Assembly (NCBI RefSeq): GCF_001194135.2
Contig: NC_068988.1
Coordinates: 2,881,288-2,945,287, forward strand
DNA length: 64,000 nt
Reading direction: 5' to 3'
DNA from: Octopus bimaculoides
Taxonomy: Eukaryota
Part shown: piece by piece, positions 25,950-39,066 of the stretch
How the letters are laid out: the number at the start of each line of letters is the position of its first letter
Numbering within the stretch: the first letter of the stretch is position 1
Notes under the pieces: model-generated
The model's database searches: none
What the model saw: only the letters and a program-made list of their open reading frames with translations
What the model was told of the DNA's origin: nothing
Translations under genes and position numbers: made by a program

Positions 25950-26899
25950 CAATAAAAGAATCAGTTTTTTTTTTTGTTATTTAGTATGTCAGATGATGAA
26001 GATGCACATTGGATGGCAAGATGCTGAGACACCACTCAACCCATGCTGGCAAGGACTAAATGATGACGATGATGATGATCATAAATTAGATGCTGTAGGA
26101 GATTCAATTGGTTGACTAAAATTATTTTTATATATTTATTTCTATTGTGGAATTATAATTCTGTCAGTTTGGTTTTTGTTTTTCTTCATTCTCAATTTAA
26201 TAAAATAAATACCAGTTATATACACTGGTCAATGTGACTTGACTATACTCTTAAACCTTATTGTATTCCTAGCATTGCAATTAATTAAATGTTAATGGAA
26301 CACCAGAAGTGCAAGCATGCCAAACTAGAACTTTTCAGTATTTAGTTGCCATTCCTCTACCTTCTGAGATTAGATCCTTGCAGAAGATCAACTTTGGTTT
26401 TCATTACTCTGGGGTGAATAAGATATCTGTGGTCAATAAAATAAGCACCAAACATGTTATGGCGTTAATTCAATTGATTATACAAATTCTTCATATTTGC
26501 ATTAGTCGAAGAAATCTTTATTAATTGCATAATATAAAGTTTGTATTTATATTATAACCCCTCCCCCCACTTTAACTAATCTTCTGTAATTAATGGCCAT
26601 ATGGTGCAAGATAATACAACCTGCTGCCACTTATTCTGCAGGGATTAGTGTCAACATAAATGAAACGTGAATTACCAAAGAAAGGGAATTTTTCTCTAAC
26701 TGTGAAAACGAAAAACTCATGGAAATATTTGCTTTGCATTGAGTGCAGGGGCACAAGTTTGAATCAAGTTGGTCAGAGAAAACATTGGCAAAAACAAAAG
26801 CAGGTGAGAAGCAAATTAAATGAAACAAGGAATGACAAATGTTTACATTAAAATGTCATTAATTGTAAACAGTGTCAGTAGATACTGTCATAAGATCAC

Positions 26900-27125
26900 C
26901 AAGGGAAGTAACTGAGACACGGGGCAAGCAGGAGAGACTGGCATATAGTCGTTGGCTGTGCTAGAAATAGCAGCCAAATCCAATTTAATATCATACCTTT
27001 CCATCATAGAAAAAGTGAGGACAACACGTTGAATATGATAGTCCTACATACGCGATGTCTTTACAAAAGGACAGGATGGTCACAACTTGAATGCCTTTGA
27101 TCATTAGGTCTACACACTCTACCAT
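26900..27125 (+). mobile_element. Family D retroposon
   Basis: GCTAGAAATAGCAGCCAAATC...GGATGGTCACAACTTGAATGCCTTTGATCAT. Confidence 0.6.
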
Positions 27126-27663
27126 TGCAGACATGGGAATAAAGCAACTGAGAAGCAAAGAAATGGTAGATTAAGGAAATGGTGGAAATTCCATAGAAGT
27201 TTTAGCTTCTCTAGATTCTCAAATTTCACCTATTGTAAGCAAACATAACAATGCAGGAACTACTACATGGTTCTTTGGTATGCTAGAAATAGGAAGTAAA
27301 TTGGCTTCAGATGACAACCAGCATGCTAAATCTTAGAGAATACAGTAGACAATGTCCTTCCTGATATATACAATAGTGTTGACCAAAATGTGCTAGATTA
27401 TAGAAACGGTTTATCAAGAGTGACCTGTGCCACACAACAACAATAACTATAGTTAAACGAGACACCATCAGCCAGAATAATGGACATAATTTGTGACACA
27501 GCTCCATATTCTATGAAGTATTGCAAATTTAATGTGAAACCAAGCAAGTGTATTCTTATAATTTAAATATAATTAACTTCTAATTAATTCTAATATATTC
27601 TCTGTGCAATTTCAACTTCATTTCTCCTATTCCTCCACTTGTTTGGATTAATAAGAATTTTTC

Positions 27664-27697
<34 letters not shown>

Positions 27698-27730
27698 NNN
27701 NNNNNNNNNNNNNNNNNNNNNNNNNNNNNN
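27698..27730. other. Assembly gap inside an (AT)n tract
   Basis: 33 N. Confidence 0.99.
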
Positions 27731-27762
<32 letters not shown>

Positions 27763-27838
27763 GAGAGAGAAAGAGAGTTAGATAGAGAGGGGAGAGAGAG
27801 AGAAAGAGTGACAAAAAAGGGAGAGAGAGAGAGAGAGA

Positions 27839-27880
<42 letters not shown>

Positions 27881-27899
27881 TAGAGAGAGAAAGAACAGA

Positions 27900-28310
27900 G
27901 ATAATGTGAAAGTAAACAAATAAATATGCTTGGACTTGATATATAAAGTATCCATACATATATGCATGTAAATATATATTGGGGTATATATAGAGAGAGA
28001 AAGAAACACCAAAAATATTCGGAAAATGAATATTCATGTATAAGCAAATAAATATTTACAGAACAGATTTACATGGAATACAAAAATGCAGAAAACTAGG
28101 GGAAGAGGGCATGGTATTTCAGGTTCAACAGCTGTTTCTGGAGGGCTGGAAATACATAATAGTTGTAATGTTGACAGATGGAGCGTGCAAAAAGTCAAGA
28201 ATATGCAACCAGTGGTGGATGCATACAAACATTACCGTAAATCTGGCCCTTGCCTTCAGTGTGGAGAGATTGTCACCTAACATTTTAGATAATAATGCAG
28301 GGGATTTAAT
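27900..28310. repeat. Unclassified interspersed repeat (copy 2)
   Basis: Homologous to 21060-21430, with about 77 bp of extra internal sequence. Confidence 0.7.
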
Positions 28311-28486
28311 GGTAGAAAAAGGCAAATTGAAGTAGGTAGAAAGAGGAAGTAAGCAGTTTACCTAGCGAACTTAGTCCTCAATAAATATTTTAGAGAGTAA
28401 GTTCAAACCATTTGAGCACTACTAAGTGTTTTTTACATTGAGCATCTTTAGATCCCACCTGTTGAATCTCTCTCTCTCTCTCTCTG

Positions 28487-28522
<36 letters not shown>

Positions 28523-28854
28523 ACAATAGGATTGAAAGAATCAAATAGAAGTCACAGTTAACTCTCCACCTGGTGTCTGGCTATCAAGAAACAGTGTGGT
28601 TAAGGATAGGATGTAAACTCATTGTTGTCCTGAAAAAATCCAGAAATGGCTCTGCTGGAGTCTATATATAAAAATGGTCTAAATAAGAAAATGCAATGTC
28701 AAAATTCTTTCAATCTTCATTCTTTTACCTTTTTTATGAATTTTCTGTGTGAAGAGACTACCTTGCAGCTGGCATCTTTGAAGAATTTCATTTCCAGATC
28801 ATTCTTTTTCCATTGGTGAGGAATATAAAATACTTTTTACTTTTTATGTTTTAT

Positions 28855-29000
28855 TTGTTTTAATCATTCTGCTTTACCTTTATCCTTTCAGGGTTAATAA
28901 AATAAGTAATAGTTGAGTATTGGAGTAAATAAAACCAACTAACACACCACCAAAATCGCTGGCTTTGTGCCAAAATGTGAAACCAATATTTCTCAACAAC
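28855..29000 (-). mobile_element. Family C SINE fragment
   Basis: CTTTACCTTTATCCTTTCAGGGTTAATAAAATAAGTA core next to an antisense GGCTTTGTGCCAAAAT tail; the arrangement is mixed. Confidence 0.45.
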
Positions 29001-29794
29001 TATTATTGTTTTTGTCCTCATTTCATATCTATCGTAACATGCCATGGACTAAATTTTTCAACTATAACTTATTAATTACCAACACTAATTTTAATAATAC
29101 AAGAGCCTAAACGAAGTGTTTTGTAGTTCTTGGATCAAATACTATCAAGGTGACCCCACTTTTATGTATAGCCCTTTTAGTTTATGCCACATAAACATTG
29201 ATGAAAGACTTTCTTTAAGATTGCTTACATTCTTCATTGAAATGATAAATATGGTAAGAAGGGTAAGGAAACTCCAAGAAGGTAATTAATTTAGATTAAA
29301 ATCATTGTGTTGAAATTGATGATATTTGGAAATCTTTGAAACATTAATAGAATTCTTCAGCATAATGTTCTGGTTAGTTTAGACACTACCAAATTTCAAG
29401 AAGCCTTAAAATGTATTGAATATTGAACCTATTACAACCAATATATTTGTGACACAAGTTTGAATGCATTTATCAGAACACAACAAAGTTAACACGGAAA
29501 TGGTCTGTTGTGCATTTTCACCTGCTCTAAAAGCACATAAAAGTCAGAGCAATAGTTTTCAAATATTAATTACTGCTTAACGAGACTTTATTAGTCTACT
29601 TAGATAAGAAAAATATGAGCTGCAAATGCCAACTTAAAAATTTGAATTCAAAATATATCTTAATAACGTACAAAAATATTTAAGCTTAGACACACAATAC
29701 AGAACAATTTATGGATATACATGTACGATGTATATCTGTTATAAATTCATCAATTTGTCTACATACGTACGCACACACACACACACACACATGC

Positions 29795-29848
<54 letters not shown>

Positions 29849-30079
29849 TGAGACTGAGAGACAGAGAGTGAGAGAGATGAGCTTTTTTAAAATAATACGC
29901 TCTAGTACCAGGAGTTGTACATTCACACAAAGCATTCCTAAACACCTTGTTTATTAAATACCGACCCATACAAAAGTGAAATACTTTGTTGCTGATCCCC
30001 TACAAATACAGATTTACATGGTTTATTCTTAACGAGGTACTTTATTTCTAAATATCGCACTAAAAGTTTGGCATCCAGG

Positions 30080-30175
30080 CATTTTATCCAAGCAAACCCT
30101 ATTCTGAAGCAAACTGCACTTTATCCAGGTGAACCCTATTCTAAAGCAAGCCACACTTTATACATGTGGCCCCGA
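30080..30175. repeat. Degenerate 37-bp minisatellite, about 2.5 units
   Basis: CA(T/C)TTTATCCA.G..AACCCTATTCT.AAGCAA at 37-bp spacing. Confidence 0.7.
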
Positions 30176-30304
30176 TTTTCTGAACAAATTTTAATAAAAT
30201 TCTCTTTGCTACTTTCAAGAACTGACCTATTGATTTAAAATGTTTGTAACTGTTATTGTTCACTGTACTTACTCTGCCTATGTAGCAACTTCTGACAATC
30301 ATAT

Positions 30305-30313
30305 TGTTCTGGT

Positions 30314-30367
<54 letters not shown>

Positions 30368-30715
30368 GTCATCGTCATCGTCGTCATCATTATCATCATC
30401 ATCATCGTCGTCGTCGTCGTCGTCATCATTGTCATAATCATCCTTTAACGTCCATTTTTCATGCTGGCATAAGTTGTCTGGTACAACAGGCAAGCCAGAG
30501 AGCTGCATCAGGCTCCGGTTGTCAGTTTGGGCATGGATTCTGTGAGTGGATACCTTTCCTAAAGCCAACCACTTTCCTGAGTGTGCTGGGTGCCTTTTAC
30601 ACGGTACCAGCACCAGTGCATTTCATGTGGAACCAGGATGGGTGTTCTTTTGTGTGGCTCCAGCATCAGTGCTTTTCATGTGGCACCAGCACCAGTGCTT
30701 CATATGTGACACCAT
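30305..30715 (-). mobile_element. Family A retroposon with long (ATC/GTC)n tail
   Basis: Tail 30305-30440 then antisense body and subunits. Confidence 0.8.
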
Positions 30716-30849
30716 TAGAAATACAAACTATTTAACGAACCAAGAGACTAACAAGTGACTGAAGTTTTTTGAGTATACTTAGGTTGATGGAAACTGTATG
30801 GAAGCCTACAAGGGAATTATTCTTAGTCTTGAATGGTTTACTTAATTAA

Positions 30850-31130
30850 TTACCTGAATCAGTTCCACAAACTGGCCCTTGTGTGACTTTAGCAGAGTCT
30901 ACTCTGTTGTAAATATATGGATTCTTCCATCCATTCTGGATTTGTACCTAATCCTTTGTGGCCCTGTCTACTGTTGCTCCAGTCTGGCAACATAGTTCCA
31001 TCCTTGTTTCATATATATGAACGCACTCAACCTCCACATATCCCATTCATCACTCTTATAATTATTTCTGTTTGCTCTCGTTTCTCTACTGGAATTCATA
31101 AGTTACCAATATTCTTTGTAAAACCCTAAG
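30850..31130 (-). mobile_element. Decayed RTE-like LINE 3' coding fragment
   Basis: Minus-strand translation GWNYVARL resembles the W.(Y/W)AGHVAR motif. Confidence 0.35.
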
Positions 31131-31338
31131 TCATTAACGAATTAATTCGTTTATATGTTTTAAATTCACACACACACACACATGCACGAATACACACACA
31201 CTCACACACATACAGGTACACTCAGTCTCTCTCTCACACACACACATACACACACACACACACACACACGCTCCTTCATAAAAACACACAGACAGACACA
31301 CATATATATACATTCATAGAAACACGCACATTCACAAA

Positions 31339-31396
<58 letters not shown>

Positions 31397-31529
31397 NNNN
31401 NNNNNNNNNNNNNNNNNNNNNNNNNNNNNNNNNNNNNNNNNNNNNNNNNNNNNNNNNNNNNNNNNNNNNNNNNNNNNNNNNNNNNNNNNNNNNNNNNNNN
31501 NNNNNNNNNNNNNNNNNNNNNNNNNNNNN
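31397..31529. other. Assembly gap inside a (CA)n tract
   Basis: 133 N. Confidence 0.99.
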
Positions 31530-31592
<63 letters not shown>

Positions 31593-32177
31593 TCTATATT
31601 TTTATTTTATGTTGAAGTTTCACAAACTGCAACACTGAGTTCCATCTTTTGCCAATTCTCAAGCAATGAAAGAAAGGAATCATTCAAGCTTATATTTATA
31701 TGTGAAATAATAATAAAAATAAAGATTGTTAAACAATAAGATATGAACAATAGAAAGTTTTTTGGTCTATTTGGAGAAGGTAACAACTGTATGATACAAG
31801 TCTGTCTAATGTTCACCTGCTAATTATTTTGAAATATTTCAACAGAAATTTCACTTTTTGATGACAAACATTGTATATGAAGTACACATTAACAAAAGAA
31901 AACGTTTTTGAATTGCTTGGAACGTGTGACAAGCTCCAAACAATTCAAGAATGTCCGACAGCTGAAACAATATTTATGTTCATCAACTTAGAATTTGCCG
32001 TCGTAAATGGCTAATTATTTATTGCTTTCTAAATTTAAGGTGATATCTAAGAAATTAACTGTTGTATATTGTTATACTCTACAAACAAATCAAAAAGTTT
32101 TCTCTTATTAGCATGCATCTTATAGTCAACAATTTTTATTTCACACACACACACACACACACACACATGTATGTGTG

Positions 32178-32257
<80 letters not shown>

Positions 32258-32284
32258 CACACACATATATATATGTATATCTAT

Positions 32285-32317
<33 letters not shown>

Positions 32318-32524
32318 CATTCATATATACATATATATATACATATATAGATATATACATTTATATATATATATGTGTGTATGTATGTATATGTAAGTAT
32401 GTATGTATGCATGAATACACACATATACATACACATGCACACATATGCAAATGCACATATAAAACATTTGTAGATTAATTTCCTTCATTGCTTGAAAATC
32501 AGTAAAAGTTGAAATTTGTGAAGT

Positions 32525-33350
32525 TAGATTTAGAGAATGCTTTTGACAAGGTTTCTATGTTATCTACTGGTCACTAAGAAAGCTAGGGTTAGATGAATAG
32601 CATGTGATGGCTGGCTGTACAAACTATGTATAGAGTTGCAGTCAGCAAGATGAGAGTTAACAGTAAGTTTAGCGATGGTTTGGTGTATATGTAGAGGTCC
32701 AACAGGGCTCAGTCCTCAGTCCTTTCTTGTTTAAAATAGTCTTCCAAGTCATAACAGAGGAGTTTAAGGTTAGCTGTCGATGAGAACTCTTGGATGCTGA
32801 TGACCTAGTTCTTATAGCAGAATTGATGAAATATTTGAAGAAGAAATTCCAGACATTGAAGCAAAGCCTGAGATTGAAACATCTTATAGTAAACTTAGTA
32901 AATAGGAAAGAATTCAGGACTCAGCTACCATGAAAGGAAATGGCTGTAATTGATATGCTAAAGAAGAAAGCAGTATAGGTAGAAACTGCATATAAGGTAT
33001 CCAATGTAAAAACAGAATATACAAAAAGTGTAGCAGAATCAGAACCCAAGTTATAGATTCTTCCACTTGCTCTGAAGACATCCTAGAAGTAGTTGATATT
33101 TTTGTTTATATAGGTGGAATAATTAGTTGTTCATGTGGATGCTTTAAAAGCAAAGTAACAAGAGCAGGAATGGATGGGAAACATTGAAGAAGTTATTACT
33201 TCTGTCAGTGACTAGGTACTTTCTCTCTGAGTGAAGGGCAGATTATATGATGCTTGCATGTATGCGCTATGGGCCTTCATTTGTGAAGACTACACTGAAA
33301 TGAAACAAGTATGATTTTCTGGATGTATAATGTTAGTATTCATGAATGAT
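32525..33350 (+). mobile_element. RTE-clade LINE reverse-transcriptase fragment (pseudogenised)
   Basis: DLENAFDKV, LRKLGLDE, QQGSVLSPFLF, LLDADDLVLIAE (YADD-like) motifs with stops and frameshifts. Confidence 0.9.
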
Positions 33351-33354
33351 GGCA

Positions 33355-33386
33355 CCAGTCCTGATACATTTTGAACAGACCTTGTA
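33355..33386 (-). mobile_element. Isolated mariner TIR
   Basis: Reverse complement matches the TIR at 61053-61081 at 24/29 positions; followed by TA. Confidence 0.7.
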
Positions 33387-33439
33387 TAGACCCAACCTGC
33401 ATAAGTATATATAAACACATATCTTATGTCTATATATGG

Positions 33440-33635
33440 GTTTCAAATTTTAGCACCAGGCCAGCAATTCCAGGTGAGAGAGGAGTTATTTACATTGACC
33501 TCAATGCACAATTATTTTATCGGCCCTGAATGAGGAAAAGCATAGTTGACCCCCTGGTGGCATTTAGACACAAAGGGTAAAGATGGATGAAATGCTGCTA
33601 AGCATTTTCTCTGGCATCATAATGATTCTGCCAGC
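33440..33635 (-). mobile_element. Decayed family C SINE
   Basis: TTTTAGCACCAGGCCAGCAATT...GGATGAAATGCTGCTAAGCATTTT. Confidence 0.65.
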
Positions 33636-33864
33636 TTGTTACCATTCTTACCATTCTATATATTTTTATACAAACATTTTTTTATCTGCAAACATCCTTA
33701 TTCTCATCATCATCATCAACCAAACAACTCCTTTCCAGGCTTGCATATGAATATATATATATGTGTGTGTGTGTGCGCATATGCATGTGTGCGCATGTGT
33801 GTGTGCATGTATGTGTGTGTGTATGTGTGTGTGTGTATGTGTGCATACACATATGCACACTGAG

Positions 33865-33901
<37 letters not shown>

Positions 33902-34403
33902 TTTAGGCATAAATGTTTATTTCTATAATCAGTATCTCTCACCTGTTGATCTCTCTCCCTCTCAATTCTCTCTCTTGCTCTCTATTTTTCTCTCTCTCTC
34001 TCCCTCTCTCCCTCACCCTCTCTCTATGTTTACATTTATTATGCAAATTCTTTTCCTTCCAAAATGTGTTTCCTTTCCAGAAATTTTCTTACCATCATAC
34101 AAAAAAAGAAAAGAAAAAGGAACAAAATATAAATAAAAACAAAAATGTGCTACCATTTATTTTCTCGAAGATATTCAAACTATCTCTCCCCAGGAAAAGA
34201 ATCCATCATCTTCAAAATGCACCACTCAAAGCCATTTTCTCTTGGCTACGGCAAAGAAACTCTCACCTTTTCTTTATTCTCTAACAAGTTTGGTTCCACC
34301 TTTTCTTCTCTGTATTTTCCTAATGATTATTTGCAAAAAATTTTCCTTCTTGTACTTTTATTTACAACCGTTTTAAAATTTGCATTATTTTGTTGTGTGA
34401 GCA

Positions 34404-34452
<49 letters not shown>

Positions 34453-34479
34453 AAAATCTTGGTTCAGATTTATGATAAC

Positions 34480-34660
34480 AACAATTGATCTCGTTTTATT
34501 CCAACCTGTGTGTTGGTCATTCCACTTGCTAAAAGTAGTAACCAGATCTTCCTCTCATTGCACCCTACTGTCTTGAAAAGAAATAAAGGGACACTTTGGA
34601 TGCTGTGGACTTGGGTACACAATGCCTGAGGAAATAAAGCTAGATGGTCATGACTGGAAA
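34480..34660 (+). mobile_element. Family D retroposon fragment
   Basis: CACCCTACTGTCTTGAAAAG..GGACACTTTGGAT..GATGGTCATGACTGGAA. Confidence 0.55.
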
Positions 34661-34759
34661 GCCTGTGGTGAATTAGTGCAGTTGTTAGAGTGTTGGGTTA
34701 AATACTTTGTCTAGAATCGAAGGGCCTTAGAGTCAACCTACCAAAAATCAATGTCTTTA

Positions 34760-34913
34760 TAAGCACCCACTACAGCTGGCTGCTGTAGAAACTTTGCCAG
34801 ATCAGATTGGAGCCTGGTGCAGCCTTCTGTCTCACCAGCCCTCACTCAAACTGTCCAACTCATGCCAGCATGGAAAGCAGATGTTAAACGACGACGATGA
34901 TGATGATGATGAT
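34760..34913 (+). mobile_element. Family A retroposon
   Basis: AAGCACCCACTACA..CTGTAGAAACTTTGCCAGATCAGATTGGAGCC..GTTAAACGACGACGATGAT. Confidence 0.85.
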
Positions 34914-35039
34914 CACCTAGGAAAGAAGAAAGCTCTGAAAGTGATGCTGTGAGTGTAGTCTTTGCAAAATATGGAAACCATAAGAATATCTATGAAGACG
35001 AATCAAAGCCCTCCCCAGAAAGCTAATGACTAAATTTCT

Positions 35040-35285
35040 TATTTTATTGAACAATGGTAATATATTGCTCTGTATAACTTTGGTACAAGGCCAGCAATTT
35101 CAGAAAGGGGCAAAAGTTGATTAAATCAACCCCTATGTTCAATTGGCACTTATTTTCTTGGCCCCAAAATGATGAAAAGCAAAGTCGACCTCGGTGGAAT
35201 TTGAACTCAGATTGTAAAGAGAGATGAAATGCCACTAAGCATTTTGCCTGGTGTGGTAGTGGTTTTGCCAGCTGACCGCCTTAAG
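35040..35285 (-). mobile_element. Family C SINE
   Basis: AAAGTCGACCTCGGTGGAATTTGAACTCAG antisense core and B-box. Confidence 0.8.
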
Positions 35286-35639
35286 CAAGGGTCATATATT
35301 GCCGTGTATAACTGGTTGAGTATTTAAAACTGAGCAGCACGTACACACCAAGTAAATAGATCAGTAGCTACGTTCTGTCTATGTTTTATGACCACAACAA
35401 AGAAATAAGTCTTTACATCATCATTAAAGATGTTATGATGAGAGAAGCCCTTATATGGTCAATAAAACAAATGAAAGAAACGTTGATGAGGTCACTAAAA
35501 GCAGCAAAGGAAACCTTTTAATCAGTCACCGAACCTGCTAAAGATATCAGACAAATCTTCCTGAAATTACATTCTACAACCAGAAAAAGGACACATTCCT
35601 GTGTTTGTAAAGATCGGATGGTTAAGCTTTAATAACTTG

Positions 35640-35885
35640 TCTGCTTGGAATGGTTGACCCGAAGCTAAGAAACAACAAGAGAGTGTCTATGTGATCGTTT
35701 AACCTGCTGGCAGTAGCAGACAAATTTCCCTTCAACTGTACTTGTCTTAATAAAGATCTAAGACTACAATGGATAATATAGAACTTTAAATAGTCAGAAC
35801 GGTGAGGATTGGAATGTTTTTGATCATAGAGATGTTCAATCAGGACTGACCTGGGGCTAAATAACAGCAACAACAACAAACAAAT
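35640..35885 (+). mobile_element. Family D retroposon, AAC tail
   Basis: GATCATAGAGATGTTCAATCAGGACTGACCTGGGGCTAAATAACAGCAACAACAAC. Confidence 0.65.
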
Positions 35886-38346
35886 CACCAACATTACCAC
35901 CTCCATAATTGTTCCTGTTGTCATTGTCGTCATCATCATCATCATCATTACGATCATCATGTGAAAAGCATAGCAAGGTTTGGTAAAATCTATAGAAGAT
36001 TATTTATTTCAAATTTCTTTGAAGGTTCCAGACAACTATATCTCTCATGCAGCAAGCATATCACTAGATGTTCGTTAATTATGTGCCATTTTTCTTTGAA
36101 TGTTGGTTCCAAAAGGAAATGCTTTGCCCATAGACAGTGAAATCTATTAAAACATTGTTATTTACAAGGATTAAGAACTCATAAACTGTAAGATTACACA
36201 CTTTAGATTGTAACGTCTAGAATGTAATAGAAAATCTAGAAGCTGGCTAGTAAAAGTTGATGGATTTTGATCACTTTATTAATATTAACTTCATAATTTG
36301 ACAAACCTAGAACTTTATATTACAAACATCAAGAAAATGAATACTTGCCTGAAGGGTTTAATTTGAATTTCAAAAACTGGTCTATTCTGGAATGCTCAGA
36401 GATCCTATTGATAGCTTAATATTAACCAGATTAGATTTGAGATTCTATAGCCTTGGGTAATTAGAACTAATTGTCATAACACTGCATAGAACAATCTCAT
36501 TAGTTAATACTTGTTTTTACAGTTACTCCATGAGTTAGACAGGTGTTGCAGAGTGTAATATTGCTATTTCTCTCTCAATGTTTTTTTTTTTTTCATGTGT
36601 GATGTACACCTCTTGTAAGCTTAAAACCTCACAAGTCAATAACTAGGTTTAAGCTTTATGCTTCGAAATGTCAATACATCTGCTGACAATATAGTTTAAC
36701 TAACAGAAATACATTGTTGAATATGAAATGCCAGTTAATGCAAAAGATCAATGTGGTAGAAGCAAACATACTGAATATGCAGAGCACTTTTTTTTTAAAT
36801 CCTGTTTTGTGTTTGTTTGTGTTATACATGCCATGCTTAGAAAATTCTTCCTTTGCGTGTTAAAATTATGATTTGTTTTTTTTTTTTGGGGGGGGGGGTT
36901 GCTTAAGCTGAACTGTCACAATTATGGAAAGAAAATAGGTCTTCTTTTGCATTCCTACAACAGACTATGGTGAAGATAGAAGAAAAGAATAGAATGTGGA
37001 GGAAGAGAGAAATGGGTGGGGGAGAGAAAGAAAGAAAGAAAGAAAGGGAGAAGTGAAAAGAAAAAGGTGTGGGTCAAAACTTTGGGGATAAAAACCAAAG
37101 AATATGATTAACAATTTCAAAAGAAAAATGTAAAAAAAAAAAAGCAACAGTATACAGCCATAAGAGCAAATGAGTAAAGTGATCAACAATAGAGAATCTT
37201 TGTGTTTCTGATTGTTTTGAGGGAGAGAAAGGTGTGTGAGGGGTGCAAAGAAATAACTTTCTTATGTTGTGAGGAATGTTGTTGTTTTACTGATAGAACA
37301 AAATTTAACAGAGAAAAAAACAAACAGAAATGAAAGAGTTAAAAGATAAAAAAAATAAACCAAAATACAGAAGAAATTAACATCATAATGTTTTTATTCT
37401 GGTGTTTGAGATTTTAGCTGGTTTTGTTTGTCTTTTGTTTGTTTTTTCTTGCCTTTCTTATCTAACAAATCTTCCTTGGAGCTACTGACCTAAAACACCT
37501 GATGCAATGAAAAACACAGCTGTTTTGACATGAAGAATTATCAGAGAAAAGTGACAGAATGGCAGAGAGAGAGGGAAAGACAGAGAGACTGAGAGAGAGA
37601 TGAAAAGAAAGTGAGACAGAAGGGCGAGTACCTGTCTTGCAGTGTTCAGAGTAAATTTACTGTCTTAACTGATAAATAAGCAAATAAAACAATGAAACTA
37701 ATCACATTATAGTTAAGTTTTGGAAGAGTTTCTTTTCCCTTTCTCTCTTTTCTCATTTCCTCTCACAGAACAAATTTTTATTTCGTTTTTTATATAACTA
37801 TATAACAACATTTTATTACAAAGTAGTTATGATTTTCACCACTCAAGGTGTTTAGGTCACTTACTATGCAGAAGATTTATCACATAAAACAGCTATTTAA
37901 AACCTGACATTTCTAATGCGTGTGCAGCGATGGGAACTGTTAAATTTCAGAAGCAATTCTTTATTAATGTATTTTGAAGATTGCACTTAATAAACAATTA
38001 TCTGGTTAAAAACAATATCTTATATGAATATAAGTTAATATTTGGAGCTGGGGAAAAAATGTCAAATTGAAAACCATGAAACATTCACTAGAAAATGATA
38101 CATGGGTTTTGCAATTCTCATCGTCATAACACACACACACATGTACATAGACACACATGCACATGCACACTCTCCAGCCATGTATATATATATATGGATA
38201 TGTTACATGACAAAATTGCTTTTTAATCACTTTTTCTATTATCTCACCTGTACATTTCTAAAGACTATGATAGACTAATGGCAAGAAGAAGAGATTTACA
38301 GATTTACAAAATTTTGTACACTAAGTATTATGGACTCATAGTCTGT

Positions 38347-38389
<43 letters not shown>

Positions 38390-39023
38390 ATGTATGTATA
38401 TATGTGCATGTGTAAATACAACCCATGCCAGCATGAACAATGGATGTTAAATGATCATTATAAAGATGATGATAGACATACATACACACGTGCAAATATA
38501 TATATAGACATATATGCATGTATGTATGTATGTATGTATGTATGTATGATTATCATAGTTGTTTTTGACATCTGATTCTCCCATGCTGCCATATTTCAAA
38601 CAAAACTTATTGGAGTAGTTTTCTACAACCAGAGCCATTTCAAATAGTTTTCATTCTTCCTCTTCATAAGCATCTTTCTCAGTCAATGATGAGACATTCC
38701 TTAAATCTACCCCACCAATTGCACAGGGTTTGGATCAATAAATTCATTATTTATAACATAGTCTTTCCAATGTGTACGGCAGATGGTTTGCCATTTTCCT
38801 TGATGGAAGTGTTCCGACCACTCTATGTTTGTTTGTTTTCTCACCAAAGATGCTGGAAGACGAAAATGGTGAGGCTCTGATCTCTGCAATCGATCACCAC
38901 CGAAAAACAATTCACAAAATGTCTTTTAATTTAGTTTGTTGTTTATGGTTCTTTGGTTCTTTATATTTTAAGACAGAACAGTAGATAATTACGGATAGGT
39001 AGACAGAGCAGACAGCAACGTCT

Positions 39024-39066
39024 GTCATGTGACCAAATGTGGAGAACAGATGACATGTCACATGAC
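39024..39066. promoter_or_regulatory. Inverted pair of M-box/CLEAR-like E-boxes
   Basis: GTCATGTGAC at 39024-39033 and GTCACATGAC at 39057-39066. Confidence 0.35.

Noticed and set aside
26014-26026. miR-31-like TGGCAAGATGCTG
   Set aside because: Only a 13-nt resemblance, no precursor hairpin, and adjacent to a family A tail
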